A stretch of DNA of 64,000 nt from positions 1 to 64,000 of the IMG/VR virus record IMGVR_UViG_3300042340_000379; one strand, written 5' to 3'. The translations under genes were made by a program, and so were the position numbers. Position 1 is the stretch's first letter; each line of letters opens with the position of its first letter. The notes below the pieces were generated by a model. The model did not search any database, was not told where the DNA came from, and saw only the letters and a program-made list of their open reading frames with translations. Below, in pieces: positions 47,095-57,481 of the stretch.

Positions 47095-47519
47095 ACGATC
47101 GCGTATCAAAGCTACCTAAGTGGGCACAAAAGCACATTCATAAACTAGAAAAACAAGCTAGAGAGGCGCGAGACTACGCCGTCGCAGTAGCGCTAATGAT
47201 GGATGGCTCTCCTGAGATCGAGCCTGACGTGTTACCACCTGAAGACTAGCGAGAGATTCGCAATGGCTGTATAGCTAGTAGACAGCAAATAGGAAACGGT
47301 AAAACTCGCGCTGTTGTTGAAAAAGCCTGCACGTCATCAGTTAGTCACAATGTTGGCAATTGGGATAGAACAACTACTAAAGGATCGATTTCTTTATTTA
47401 GTTCACCAGTCCTAGCCCTTCGCTCTCTCCTGCCTGAAATCCTCAAAGCCTACGGTGATGAAATGGTGGCAACAGTGAAAATGATTAGGGAGTACGAACA
47501 AAATGGATCACCTAACTAA
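47067..47519 (+). pseudogene. hypothetical gene interrupted by an in-frame TAG (47247-47249)
   Basis: The frame continues 89 codons past the TAG (VEKACTSSVSH...LF.S...AL). Confidence 0.55.
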
Positions 47520-47879
47520 AATAGAAACAGACAATCTCGAAAAGACTCTAGCGGATCTTATAACTGATCACTCTAAAAACCCAGATGGCAGTTATGAATT
47601 AGTCATTAAAGAGTCCCAAAATTCTAATTGTGTCGTCGTAATTAACAAAGACGAGTACATTTTGAAGGTTGCAGAATAGTTACATCTTTTAGGAGTGAAA
47701 CAAATGGAGCTTTACATTAAAGCTAACGAGTATCATATAGAGGCTAAAATTCAAGGTAATAAAGATTCTCTCGAGCGTCTAAAAACCACGATTGAGATGG
47801 CGCTTAGCAGAGGTTCTGCTTGTTCTGAGGGCTATTTTGACGAAGAGGGAGAAGAATATAGTGTCTTGGTAATGTTAGT

Positions 47880-48048
47880 ATGACAACTCCAACCCCTCCT
47901 CTTAAATGGGCTGGTGGTAAGCGATGGCTCATACCAACCTTGGAAAAAGTTTACGCTCCTAACCGAAGACTGGTTTGCCAACTTCTGTGCTTTCGATCCA
48001 GACATGACTATTCCCCGACAAATCCCAGCTAACATTTTAGAAAATTAA
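47880..48048 (+). pseudogene. DNA adenine methylase (Dam family) remnant
   Basis: MTTPTPPLKWAGGKRWL...RRLV, then loses the frame before the expected EPF.G motif. Confidence 0.75.
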
Positions 48049-48055
48049 AGGTTTT

Positions 48056-49708
48056 ATGACTAAAACAATCCAAGCTACAATCAACGCCGATCGCGCCCTG
48101 TCAAAGATTAGCAACTACTTTGACTTTACCGTAGAGCAAATTCTTACTGAGTTATTCCAGAATGCTCGCCGCGCTGGTGCTACTAAGTTAGATATCTACC
48201 TCGACCGCAACACTCTTCATCTTAAAGATAACGGTTGGGGTATTCCTGACCCCCAAATGCTCGTTAATTTATTTGGCAGTGGCTGGGATGAAGATACTGA
48301 GCAGCGAGAAGACCCAGCTGGCGCAGGCTTTTACTCTTTAGCTAACCGAGGATGTATGGTTAGCAGCCATAACTGGTATGCAAATCTTACTCCTGCTGGC
48401 TTTATCGGCCAAGAGAAAATCAAAATCCACGAGATCAAGTTTCAAGCCGGTACCCACATATCTTTTCAAGTAACAGAAAAAGAACTGATCAACTATGTTT
48501 TTATAGAAAACCGTGTGAAGACAGAAGCTGAATACTACCCAGTTGAAGTTACCTATAACGGCGAGACGGTTAAACGTGAAGTTTTCATTCCAGAAAGAAT
48601 GTACACCGAAAATTGGAATGGTCTTCGTATCGGTGTTGAGCCCATAAACAAAGAGAATCATTACTTAAATATCAACTTTTATGGGCAAACTGTCATATGT
48701 GATGCGGAACCTAAAGTTTACGGAAGAGTCAGAATTGATGTAGTTGACTGTACGCAACTAAGAATGGTACTTCCCGCTCGTAAAGATGTTATCCAAAACG
48801 ATTTCTTTCACAAGCTTCAGATTGAAGTTGAAAAAGTAGCATTCCGCGCACATCTTGCCGCTGGCTCTCACGAGCTTCCTTTTTCTGCGTATCAACGCGC
48901 CCATGCTTTAGGAATTAACCTACCTGAAGCAAAAATTGTCTGGGCTAAATGGGAAGCTACAAAAGCATCAGATAATCACTACTACTGGAAGACCGAACCA
49001 GGATCACTTCCTGAGAATGCCTATAGGTTTCAATCAGTGGGTAATGCGTTGCAAGACCAACTTGTTGATATTGCAACGCATGAGTTGGAGTTTATTCACA
49101 TCAAAAACAAAAACCTAGGGTACAAGTGGGCAGATTCTGTCCCTGTTCTAGATGTACGATTCCAAGTCACACATGAGGGAAAGCTCTACTTTCAAGAAGA
49201 GATTGATACCCTAAGCGGAGATTTTGTAGATGACATTCAAATTCTGTTTTTCCATAAAGGAGTATTCATTAAGTCATGCCCAATTCCAATCTTAATGTAC
49301 GAAAGCATTGAAGAAAGTGATATTGAAGCAGATTCTCAAAGCTACTTTGATAGCAGCATGCTGTCTACTCTCCTCATTAATAACTCACTAAGAGAAGGGT
49401 TTGATGTAGATAATCTTGTTTACTTTCTTCAAGCGTCTTTGTTTGCTGCTAATGACGATAGTGATGACAGTGCTGAGACTATGGAGTATCAGTTTGAAGA
49501 AGATTGCCAAAAATTTGCTTTTGATCTTCTTCTTCCAGAAGATAAAGCAATTGAGGCAAAGATCCGCAATGCTTTGTTTGACATGAGAACACTAATTCCA
49601 AAAGGATATGAAGTTAAGATTACAATTAAGACTGAGAAAGATTCTAAGCATAGTTGGATGACAGACCATCTAATCGACATCCAAGTTTCTTCGTCTCCTG
49701 AATCTTAA
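48056..49708 (+). CDS. GHKL (HATPase_c) ATP-binding protein
   Basis: ELFQNARRAGA, DNGWG, SGWD, DPAGAGFYSL. Confidence 0.85.
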   Translation: MTKTIQATINADRALSKISNYFDFTVEQILTELFQNARRAGATKLDIYLDRNTLHLKDNGWGIPDPQMLVNLFGSGWDEDTEQREDPAGAGFYSLANRGCMVSSHNWYANLTPAGFIGQEKIKIHEIKFQAGTHISFQVTEKELINYVFIENRVKTEAEYYPVEVTYNGETVKREVFIPERMYTENWNGLRIGVEPINKENHYLNINFYGQTVICDAEPKVYGRVRIDVVDCTQLRMVLPARKDVIQNDFFHKLQIEVEKVAFRAHLAAGSHELPFSAYQRAHALGINLPEAKIVWAKWEATKASDNHYYWKTEPGSLPENAYRFQSVGNALQDQLVDIATHELEFIHIKNKNLGYKWADSVPVLDVRFQVTHEGKLYFQEEIDTLSGDFVDDIQILFFHKGVFIKSCPIPILMYESIEESDIEADSQSYFDSSMLSTLLINNSLREGFDVDNLVYFLQASLFAANDDSDDSAETMEYQFEEDCQKFAFDLLLPEDKAIEAKIRNALFDMRTLIPKGYEVKITIKTEKDSKHSWMTDHLIDIQVSSSPES

Positions 49709-49847
49709 AAATGTGACTATCTCGATTAAAGCTGAGCAACACAAAAAGGAAACTTGGAGAACCGACCGCAAAATTGGCATCCAAGTTTCCTTGCCTCCTT
49801 AATCTCAAGAATAAAGCTAACACTGCACAAAACAAAAAGGAAACATC

Positions 49848-50399
49848 ATGGGCCAATACTACTACCCACTTATTATTTCTGGTAATGAAAACCCAGCTAC
49901 GATCTTGACCTCTCTCTACTCGCACGACTACGATAATGGTCGTAAGCTCATGGAGCATTCGTGGCTAGGAAACAATTTTGTATCTGCTGTAGAAAGTCTC
50001 CTAACTGAAAAACCCCAACATCTAGTTTGGGCAGGAGACTACGCGGACAACGAGCAAAACCACTCGCAAAACCTCGCGTCGATAGAAGAGGATTATAGAG
50101 TAGAAGGTGTCAAACCAAGGCTTAACTCGCTTAAAAAGCCAATAGAGGTAGGCTATTTTATTGTCAACCACACTCTAAAGGAGTATGTAGATGTAGATAA
50201 ATGCGTTGGGGGCACAGGCAAAGAAGCTGACTGGAAAATTCACCCACTACCCCTTCTAACTGTTGAGGGTAATGGCCGGGGAGGTGGTGATTATCGTGGG
50301 TGTAATTCTTATGTTGGTAAATGGGCCCGTCATCTAATTCAAATTATGGATAACGCTCCAGAAGGGTACTCAGAAATTAAGCCCAACTTCCAAGAGTAA
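49848..50399 (+). CDS. conserved phage hypothetical protein
   Basis: MGQYY, KLMEHSW, VWAGDYAD, HPLPLLT..GNGRGGGDY. Confidence 0.8.
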   Translation: MGQYYYPLIISGNENPATILTSLYSHDYDNGRKLMEHSWLGNNFVSAVESLLTEKPQHLVWAGDYADNEQNHSQNLASIEEDYRVEGVKPRLNSLKKPIEVGYFIVNHTLKEYVDVDKCVGGTGKEADWKIHPLPLLTVEGNGRGGGDYRGCNSYVGKWARHLIQIMDNAPEGYSEIKPNFQE

Positions 50400-50404
50400 G
50401 CTAT

Positions 50405-50438
50405 ATAGAAAAGCTAAGAATATTCTTAGCTTTTCTAT
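50405..50438. terminator. perfect palindrome between convergent genes (bidirectional terminator)
   Basis: ATAGAAAAGCTAAGAAT-ATTCTTAGCTTTTCTAT. Confidence 0.7.
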
Positions 50439-50442
50439 TTCT

Positions 50443-51111
50443 TTAGCTTACGTAGCCATGCTCAGGGTAGGCGTGCTCTACGTCTACCCGAGCCAAAATC
50501 TTGGCAATTAGCGGGTGCCGATGTACATCAGTTAATCCCATCTCAGCCGTAGCCACACCTTCTAGACCTCGCATTAAATTAATGGCATAGCGAATGCCAT
50601 TACGACCAAGCACATCAACTTGGTTTGGATCCCCATTAAGAACCATACGAGAGCCTTCAGCAATGCGAGTTACAAGCGTCAAAACCATAGCGTGGTCAAG
50701 GTTCTGGATCTCCTCCGCGATTACCACAGAATTCTGAAACGATCGCCCTCGCGCATGACTTACAGGAAGAACTTCAATGATGTTCTTTTCTAGCATGTAG
50801 CGAATTTCTCCATCGGTTAGAAACTGGCGAAGATTGTCTATAATTGGATTGGCAAGATAACCTAGTTTTTCATCTAGGCCACCCGGCAACGCGCCAATCT
50901 TCTCGCCGCAAGTCTCGGCAGCAAGCCTAATAATGACAATTCTTTCAGTTACATCAGATTCATCCTTTAATAGTTGATAAGCGGCCCAGATACTGAGGAG
51001 CGTTTTACCACTGCCTGCTGGGCCGCTTATTACTGTGATATCGTTGTTCTTGATCGCCTTTACGACATGACGCTGAACAGGCGATCGAAGTTGAAACTTT
51101 TGCATTTGCAC
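50443..51111 (-). CDS. phoH: PhoH-like ATPase
   Basis: GPAGSGKT, G.LPG...EK, RGRSF, EEIQN, TRI.EGS, GD..QVD, RHPL. Confidence 0.92.
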   Translation of the reverse strand: MQMQKFQLRSPVQRHVVKAIKNNDITVISGPAGSGKTLLSIWAAYQLLKDESDVTERIVIIRLAAETCGEKIGALPGGLDEKLGYLANPIIDNLRQFLTDGEIRYMLEKNIIEVLPVSHARGRSFQNSVVIAEEIQNLDHAMVLTLVTRIAEGSRMVLNGDPNQVDVLGRNGIRYAINLMRGLEGVATAEMGLTDVHRHPLIAKILARVDVEHAYPEHGYVS

Positions 51112-51172
51112 TAGCGTAAACTAGTTTAACAATGACTTATATTCCCATTACCCAACCGTTCAATACAGCCAA

Positions 51173-51772
51173 ATGACTCTACCTTCACAAGAATTTGATG
51201 ATTCAAAAGCAAGTGACTTGTCTATGCTTAACATTACCGACTTAAGAAATCGGTGCATGAAAATAGCAAAGCAAAGCACGGTTCCTTTATTTCAAATGGA
51301 TAATCGAGAACTATATATAAACTTTCTTGATGCTTTTATTGTAACCCAAGCTCTTATGGGCCCCTACTTCAAATCATCTGACCAAAGCGGGAATCCTGAC
51401 CATGCGCATAATATGCTTAGGCAAGTTATTGATAAAGATATTTTAAGACTTAGTCCAGCGGCCTGTATGGCAGCTTGGCTCACACTAGATGAGTTTCGCT
51501 GGCACAACCACATTCCATTTATTAATGATGCTAAATACCCAAACGGGCCAGGAATTGACTATTCCTATGGATTAATAGGTGACCCGTCTTTACATAGACC
51601 GCTGAAAAGCGGCCTTTCCTTTTTCACTAGTGATGACGACACCATCCGAGAGCTAAAAAGAAAGCACTATAATACAGAAGGCTGTCAAGTATTTGCCCTA
51701 AACAAATTTAGAGCTCTTAGAACTATTTCTTATGAAGAGGAGTGCCGGTTGGTTCCCCCAACGATTAGCTAA
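51173..51772 (+). CDS. hypothetical protein
   Basis: 199-aa ORF. Confidence 0.65.
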   Translation: MTLPSQEFDDSKASDLSMLNITDLRNRCMKIAKQSTVPLFQMDNRELYINFLDAFIVTQALMGPYFKSSDQSGNPDHAHNMLRQVIDKDILRLSPAACMAAWLTLDEFRWHNHIPFINDAKYPNGPGIDYSYGLIGDPSLHRPLKSGLSFFTSDDDTIRELKRKHYNTEGCQVFALNKFRALRTISYEEECRLVPPTIS

Positions 51773-52154
51773 CCAAGCCGTGAGTAATTAATCCCGTAAG
51801 CTCAACAGAACTAGTACCCGTTTTAGCTTTAACTTTGACATGGCTAACAACGCCGTTGATGCTACGAAGATAATTCTCAGAGAACACTCCAGAATAAACA
51901 TCCACTCCGCCAGATGCAAACAAAGACACATCAAAAGCGGTAGTGCCCTGGAGAGCGATTGTTCCAACATAAGGAACTAAGCCTACTTTAGTAAGAAGCG
52001 CAGACATATCTACAATCCCTGCCGCTGGAATAACCAAAGAGACAGATAGCTGTCCAATAGAAGACTCTAATCTAGCGGGGATCTCAAATGTAAGATTCGC
52101 CGTTTGATTTGGGCCTAAAGAACTAACCCGAACTGTTGTTACCGTTGTGTACAT
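51765..52154 (-). CDS. hypothetical beta-rich protein
   Basis: 129-aa ORF. Confidence 0.6.
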   Translation of the reverse strand: MYTTVTTVRVSSLGPNQTANLTFEIPARLESSIGQLSVSLVIPAAGIVDMSALLTKVGLVPYVGTIALQGTTAFDVSLFASGGVDVYSGVFSENYLRSINGVVSHVKVKAKTGTSSVELTGLITHGLVS

Positions 52155-52156
52155 AA

Positions 52157-52630
52157 ATGGAAAAATGTCCCGAAGATTATAGAGAGAACTGCCAAAAGTA
52201 CCCGGCTAGATGTCCAGTATGCGCAGCTGGATATGGGTCAAAAACTCTCTTCTATATACCCATAGATGAAACCTTATCGCCACATCCCCACGCTGAGGTG
52301 CTCAAGTCTCAAAAAAGAAGAGGGGCTAAAGCTAGGCATAAAGGACACAACGACGAGAAGAAGAGCCTGGCCCGCCTCGCTAACAGGCTAGTAAAAGGTA
52401 CAATAGGGTCAGGCATGGTGTGCGGCGATGGCGATGCAACCCTGCTTGATATTGGTCAAGTGGAGGTAAAAAGCCGGTCAAATATCGGCATCACAAAAGC
52501 CGAATACGACAAGGGAGTAAAGCAAGGCGTTAAGGTCTGGCAGATTGTCACTCCCCATGGAACATTCTACGTTCTCCCCGAAGATACATTTGTCAACATT
52601 ACACAGAATTTTATCCATGCTCAATCTTAA
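52157..52630 (+). CDS. PD-(D/E)XK nuclease, Holliday junction resolvase-like, with Cys-rich N-terminus
   Basis: G...E, GSG...GDGD, VEVK; adjacent to recA. Confidence 0.65.
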   Translation: MEKCPEDYRENCQKYPARCPVCAAGYGSKTLFYIPIDETLSPHPHAEVLKSQKRRGAKARHKGHNDEKKSLARLANRLVKGTIGSGMVCGDGDATLLDIGQVEVKSRSNIGITKAEYDKGVKQGVKVWQIVTPHGTFYVLPEDTFVNITQNFIHAQS

Positions 52631-53774
52631 AGAACTTGAAAAGCTATCCCAAGCAATGGGATGTCAAACCTACACACCAAACACTCTCCCACCCGCAGAG
52701 TTTATATCAACTAGAAACATCGCTTTGGACTGGGTCTCTGGGGGCGGCTTAGTTAGAGGCACGCCACATGAATTGTTTGGAGACACAAACCTCGGCAAAA
52801 CAACTCACGCAGTAACTCAGTGCCTAAACTTTTGTCAGATGGGCTTAGGCGCTCGCTACTATGATGTAGAAAAACGCTTGTTCGCGTCTACAGTTCAACG
52901 AATCTTCAAAGATGACCCTAGCCGCGAACTCTTCTCTGTGCATAAGATCTCAACATTCGAGCATCTCTTCACTTTCTTAGAGGCAGAAGCTGCAGCAGGG
53001 TTTGAGGGGCTGATTATTATAGATTCCCTCGCGACTTTACAGTCTCAGATGGGTATTGATGCCCAAGATAAAGACTTAGAAGCTTCACGGATGGGCGGGT
53101 TTCTGGCTAGTCCTTTGGCTCGCATCGCTCCTCGACTTAAGGATATGCTAGCAGATCACTTGATCACAGCTATCATCATTAACCAGTCTCGAGCCCGTAC
53201 CAGTCAGTATCAGACCAAGACTAATCGGCCTGGTGGAAATGCTATTCAATTTTTGTACAGTACAACACTAGAGTTGACTGGCAATAACAAACCTGAAAAG
53301 GAATTAACCGCACTAGATGGTTCTTCTCTCGTTGCTTGCCACGTAAAGACTGACAAGTCTAGTTTTGCGCCTGCTTATCGCCAGGGTGACTATGCTGTAA
53401 CAAGTGAAGGCATTGATAACGCCTACTCTATGTATGCCTTTCTGACCGATCCGAAGATGCCCCAAGTCTTAGAGCGGCAAGGCAATAAATGGATCGCACC
53501 TCAAGAATGCATTGACAAGCTGAATCTCCCTGATGATGGACTCTTGGCTAAAAAGAAAGATGCGTTGTACGGTTATTTGGCTGACCCAGAGAATAAGGCA
53601 GTGTATGATTGGCTATATGACCATATCTACAGTACCTACATTCAGGTAAAGGTTAAGCTAAAAGATGACAGCGACGAAATCCAGCCAGAACCAGAAGATG
53701 ATCGACGTGAGCCCAGCGGAGTCACAGAGCGAGTCTTCACCGCAACAGGAGGAGACGAAAGTTTCCCAGATTAG
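52617..53774 (+). CDS. recA: RecA/UvsX-like recombinase
   Basis: IST..ALD...GGG..RG...ELFG...GKTT, DVE, IIIDS, INQ.R, PGGNA..F. Confidence 0.9.
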   Translation: MLNLKELEKLSQAMGCQTYTPNTLPPAEFISTRNIALDWVSGGGLVRGTPHELFGDTNLGKTTHAVTQCLNFCQMGLGARYYDVEKRLFASTVQRIFKDDPSRELFSVHKISTFEHLFTFLEAEAAAGFEGLIIIDSLATLQSQMGIDAQDKDLEASRMGGFLASPLARIAPRLKDMLADHLITAIIINQSRARTSQYQTKTNRPGGNAIQFLYSTTLELTGNNKPEKELTALDGSSLVACHVKTDKSSFAPAYRQGDYAVTSEGIDNAYSMYAFLTDPKMPQVLERQGNKWIAPQECIDKLNLPDDGLLAKKKDALYGYLADPENKAVYDWLYDHIYSTYIQVKVKLKDDSDEIQPEPEDDRREPSGVTERVFTATGGDESFPD

Positions 53775-54021
53775 TGTTGAACTTCTAATGAGTGGGCAAA
53801 AAGTCCAGAAAACCCTTCAAGAGATTGAAGAGAAAGGTGAGGGACTAAAAGAACAACAAGCTAAACTCATCAATGAGTACCAAGAGCTTCAAATTCAACA
53901 CACCCACGCAAAAGGGAAACTTGAGATGTTCCTCCAAATGATCACAGATTTATATACTCTGCCTGAAGGGGCAGTCGTAAACATGACAGATGGAACCATT
54001 CAATACCCAACCGATTCTTAA
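53698..54021 (+). CDS. coiled-coil hypothetical protein
   Basis: Bridges recA and polA; start uncertain. Confidence 0.5.
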   Translation: MIDVSPAESQSESSPQQEETKVSQISVELLMSGQKVQKTLQEIEEKGEGLKEQQAKLINEYQELQIQHTHAKGKLEMFLQMITDLYTLPEGAVVNMTDGTIQYPTDS

Positions 54022-55372
54022 ATACATTAAAACGGAGCGCTCATTCTTACGAGCTGTTGAAGAAGTATCTTTAATGTCAAAAACCTTGGCTTTAGATACT
54101 GAAACGGGGCTTAGAAAAGAGTGGGCGCACGTTGGAGAAGAAGGGAGGCTAAATCCGCACACAGGGAATGTCTCCCTTTTAACTCTAAAAGAAGAAACCG
54201 GCACGCCCTACGTGTTTGACTTCTTCGCTCTGAGAGCTAAAGGAATTGATCTTGAGCCTCTCCACCAAGAGCTAAAGAAAAAAGTTCTAATCGCGCATAA
54301 GGCAACATTCGATGGAAAAATGCTTGTTGGTGAGTTTGGCCGCAACGATTTAACGTGGTGGTGTACGCTAACTGGCGACCAACTTCTTTCTAATGCCACA
54401 GGTTCAAAGTTTGGTATGGCCCGAGGTCACCGACTAATTGACTGCGTGCGAGATTTCCTAGGTGTTATTCTCACAGGAAAGGGAACGCTCCAGAGAGACA
54501 ACTGGGATTTAGAACTTGAGTCGCGCACGCTTAAAAATCCTCATTGGATTGAAATGCTCAAGTACGCGGCTGACGATACTCTCTATCTTTTCCCGCTAAA
54601 AAATCTCTATGAGAAAGTCCTAGTCAGCCCACTTCCATCATCTATGTTTAACAAACATAATCGACCGGATGAAGAGTGCGGGTTTGGTATGAAGAAAGCG
54701 GTCGAGATAGAAATGGAATTTATCAATCCCACTATCGAGATGGAGTATTATGGGTTTCCTGCTGCGCCTTCTCTAATAGAAGCCCTTCAGCTAGCTAATG
54801 ATGACAGCCGTTTAGATTCAGCCTGCGACCTAGCTGAGCAGTTAGGTATTCCCCTAGACTATGACCCAATCCTGGGGGATATCCCATTCGACAGGACAAT
54901 GAAAGTCTTCAATAACCCTAAAAGGATTACAGAGTTATTGCAGGAAGTTGGGGTGATTGTTGGGGATGCCCAGAAAGCAACGCTTATGCGCGTTCAAAGC
55001 ATCTACGACCAGGTTAGCAGCAACCAGGGAGAAGACGATCCAGACCCTCTTGCATTTATCAATGAAGAAGAAGAAGAGCAGTATAGGCAAGTTATGGAGT
55101 TTGAAAACTCCCTGCTAGTTAAAGGCTCTTTAATTCTTCAGACTCTTCTAAAATATAAACAGAAGAGTAAGCAGAAGGGTATGAGCATGCTGCCGTACAT
55201 CAACCCAGCCAGCGGCTGCGTCCATCCTAACGTTTCGGCCTGCCGCGCAAGCACCGGCAGAGTCGCCATGGCCAGGCCAAACTTGCAGCAGATTAGTAAT
55301 CTTAATGCTTATCCACAAGAGATTGAGTTTAGAAACGGTTCAATGCAGTATTTATCAGCGTGCAAGCTGTGA
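53990..55372 (+). CDS. polA: family A DNA polymerase, N-terminal part (3'-5' exonuclease + thumb)
   Basis: ExoI LDTETG, ExoII AHKATFD, ExoIII YAADD; STGR....PNLQQI. Confidence 0.9.
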   Translation: MEPFNTQPILKYIKTERSFLRAVEEVSLMSKTLALDTETGLRKEWAHVGEEGRLNPHTGNVSLLTLKEETGTPYVFDFFALRAKGIDLEPLHQELKKKVLIAHKATFDGKMLVGEFGRNDLTWWCTLTGDQLLSNATGSKFGMARGHRLIDCVRDFLGVILTGKGTLQRDNWDLELESRTLKNPHWIEMLKYAADDTLYLFPLKNLYEKVLVSPLPSSMFNKHNRPDEECGFGMKKAVEIEMEFINPTIEMEYYGFPAAPSLIEALQLANDDSRLDSACDLAEQLGIPLDYDPILGDIPFDRTMKVFNNPKRITELLQEVGVIVGDAQKATLMRVQSIYDQVSSNQGEDDPDPLAFINEEEEEQYRQVMEFENSLLVKGSLILQTLLKYKQKSKQKGMSMLPYINPASGCVHPNVSACRASTGRVAMARPNLQQISNLNAYPQEIEFRNGSMQYLSACKL

Positions 55373-55605
55373 AACTGGTTAGCACCCATGAAGCGATCGT
55401 GCTCTCGGCTTTCAAAGGTCGGGAGCAGGTTCAAGTTCCTGACCTTCCCCTTACAGGGAAAGAGTACCGGCAGGCTGTAACCGCTCTTGTTCAACGAGGG
55501 TGGCTAAAAAACAGTCGCCTTCCATTGACTCTAACTAGAAGCTTAACCTTAAAAGCCTATCTAAAGGCTGAGCACTCCAAAGCTGAGAATGATTGCTATG
55601 ACTAG
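55360..55605 (+). CDS. small basic hypothetical protein between the polA halves
   Basis: 81-aa ORF overlapping the polA-N stop. Confidence 0.5.
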   Translation: MQAVKLVSTHEAIVLSAFKGREQVQVPDLPLTGKEYRQAVTALVQRGWLKNSRLPLTLTRSLTLKAYLKAEHSKAENDCYD

Positions 55606-55625
55606 CGTAGTTATTACTAAAAGCT

Positions 55626-55850
55626 ATGCTTGACAAAGGAATCATTACTTACTCAGTTATGTTCGAGCGCCTTGGAGACGTTCACATTCTTGACGATCAC
55701 ATCACCGTTGACTCAGACCATGACAAGGTAGATGTAATTCTAGCGGCTCGGTTAAGTTCTGGTGATGTAATCGCGCTCGAAGACTGCACGCTTGAAGACC
55801 ACGGCATCCGCCAGGCCGCTATTATAGAGGTCAGTTCTGAAGAAGCCTAA
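55626..55850 (+). CDS. small acidic hypothetical protein between the polA halves
   Basis: 74-aa ORF; true start may be 55598 with a frameshift in an A run. Confidence 0.55.
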   Translation: MLDKGIITYSVMFERLGDVHILDDHITVDSDHDKVDVILAARLSSGDVIALEDCTLEDHGIRQAAIIEVSSEEA

Positions 55851-55876
55851 GCTACTATTCACTATTTAATTTTCCT

Positions 55877-56875
55877 ATGCAGCTAGCCCAAGATACTTAC
55901 GAGGTTAGCGAGCAGGGCGTAATCCTCGGGCCAGATGACAATATAGTTGTCGCAAAATACCTAGTAAAAATTGGCCCTAAGAATATATTTCTATGTCCTG
56001 AAGGGTGGCTGTTCACCGGCTTAGATTACTCCAGTCAAGAACTTATGATTGGCGCGGTCTGGTCTGGTGATCCTAAAATGCTTCAGGCTTATACAGAGCC
56101 TGAGTTTGTAGACCACCCAGAGACGGGCGAAAAGATTGCCAACCCCCTTGCTGACCTTCATACAATTACAACTAAGGAAGCATGCTTCCCAGGAATTTTC
56201 ACAGACAAAGATTGGTATGAATGGATTCCCACCGCTAAAACCAAAGGGCTAATCCAATTCCCGCATGAACCTCGGCACTACGGGAAAATTACTAACTTTA
56301 CTCTCATCTATGGTGGGACAGCTATGTCTCTATCTGTCACCCTGGCTCTTCCCGAAACGTTATGCAATGACATTATAAAAGGCCACAAAAAGACTTACGC
56401 TGCGTATCATAATTGGGCGGCTGAGAATGCTGCTGTTGGTGCCGCGACAGGATGGATCAGTACTCCTTGGGGTACTAGAGTTCGAGCTGTAAATGAAACA
56501 AACGCAAAAGGCGGCGGTTCAGCTGAGTTAATGGCCGTAAACGTCGCGATCCAAGGCACTGGAGCAGACATCTGCAAAGAAGCCATGAACAGAATATGGA
56601 AGTGGAAAGAGAAGTATAATTATCCAGTTAGGCTGGCCGGTCAGGTGCATGATGAGATTGTACCTATTGTCGCAGGAAACGCTAAGCTAGACCTAGACAA
56701 ATGCAAATGGGACGGAGATGTCATTATCACTCCCAAATGGATAGTCGATGGGCCAATCTTAGAGTTAGCACCTCAAATTCGCCAAATCATGATTGACGTT
56801 GAGACAGAATGTTTTGACAGTCGTCTTGCAGGGCGAGTTGATTATCCTGACCCAAGCCCATTCTGGAAAAAGTAG
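55877..56875 (+). CDS. polA: family A DNA polymerase, C-terminal part (palm/fingers)
   Basis: Motif A DYSSQEL, motif B R..GK..NF..IYG, NVAIQGTGAD, motif C VHDEI. Confidence 0.92.
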   Translation: MQLAQDTYEVSEQGVILGPDDNIVVAKYLVKIGPKNIFLCPEGWLFTGLDYSSQELMIGAVWSGDPKMLQAYTEPEFVDHPETGEKIANPLADLHTITTKEACFPGIFTDKDWYEWIPTAKTKGLIQFPHEPRHYGKITNFTLIYGGTAMSLSVTLALPETLCNDIIKGHKKTYAAYHNWAAENAAVGAATGWISTPWGTRVRAVNETNAKGGGSAELMAVNVAIQGTGADICKEAMNRIWKWKEKYNYPVRLAGQVHDEIVPIVAGNAKLDLDKCKWDGDVIITPKWIVDGPILELAPQIRQIMIDVETECFDSRLAGRVDYPDPSPFWKK

Positions 56876-56902
56876 TAGTCTCACTAAAACCTCCTCTATC
56901 TA

Positions 56903-57457
56903 ATGTGTAAGTTCCTAAATCGTGTCCGTAATTATTTTGTTCAAAACTCTCTTGAAACTTTATTTAGTAAACTTGAAAACGACCATGAGCTTCAGACCAT
57001 TCTCTATGGAGCATATGATAGACGGGTGTTTGATAGAGAGTACACTCGTTTAGACAATGGCTGGATGTATGTTGTCTACAGTGATGTGAATCGAGACAGT
57101 GTCTGCCTGTTTGAAATAACAGTTAAGGACTGGCACCCTATTCTCAGAACTCTCCTGCCATTTGAGATGGTTAACGCTAGTGCTCAGACTAATGCTGAGG
57201 TCATCGAGCGCCTCACGTTTAAGAGCAACTTTGGGCATGTCACCCAAGAGCAAAGTACCTATGGCAAAATTAGGTATTACCTGGCTCAACCGCTTAGAGA
57301 CTTGAAAGAGTCAACCCTTAAAGCGACTTTGAAAACCACACTTAGAGAATTTATTGAAGTTCTTCGGCCTGAACTGGGAGCCATTCAGCAAGAAATATCT
57401 GATGACGCCGCGCTCTACAGAGAACATTCAGAGGACGACGACGAAGTAGACAACTAA
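56903..57457 (+). CDS. hypothetical protein
   Basis: 184-aa ORF. Confidence 0.65.
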   Translation: MCKFLNRVRNYFVQNSLETLFSKLENDHELQTILYGAYDRRVFDREYTRLDNGWMYVVYSDVNRDSVCLFEITVKDWHPILRTLLPFEMVNASAQTNAEVIERLTFKSNFGHVTQEQSTYGKIRYYLAQPLRDLKESTLKATLKTTLREFIEVLRPELGAIQQEISDDAALYREHSEDDDEVDN

Positions 57458-57481
57458 TCCATAAGTTATTCCCCGCCAACT

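Noticed and set aside
47247-47249. Genome-wide TAG recoding
   Set aside because: Many genes terminate at TAG with the next gene starting immediately, and long genes lack internal TAG
55290-55990. Split intein in polA
   Set aside because: No intein N- or C-terminal signature residues
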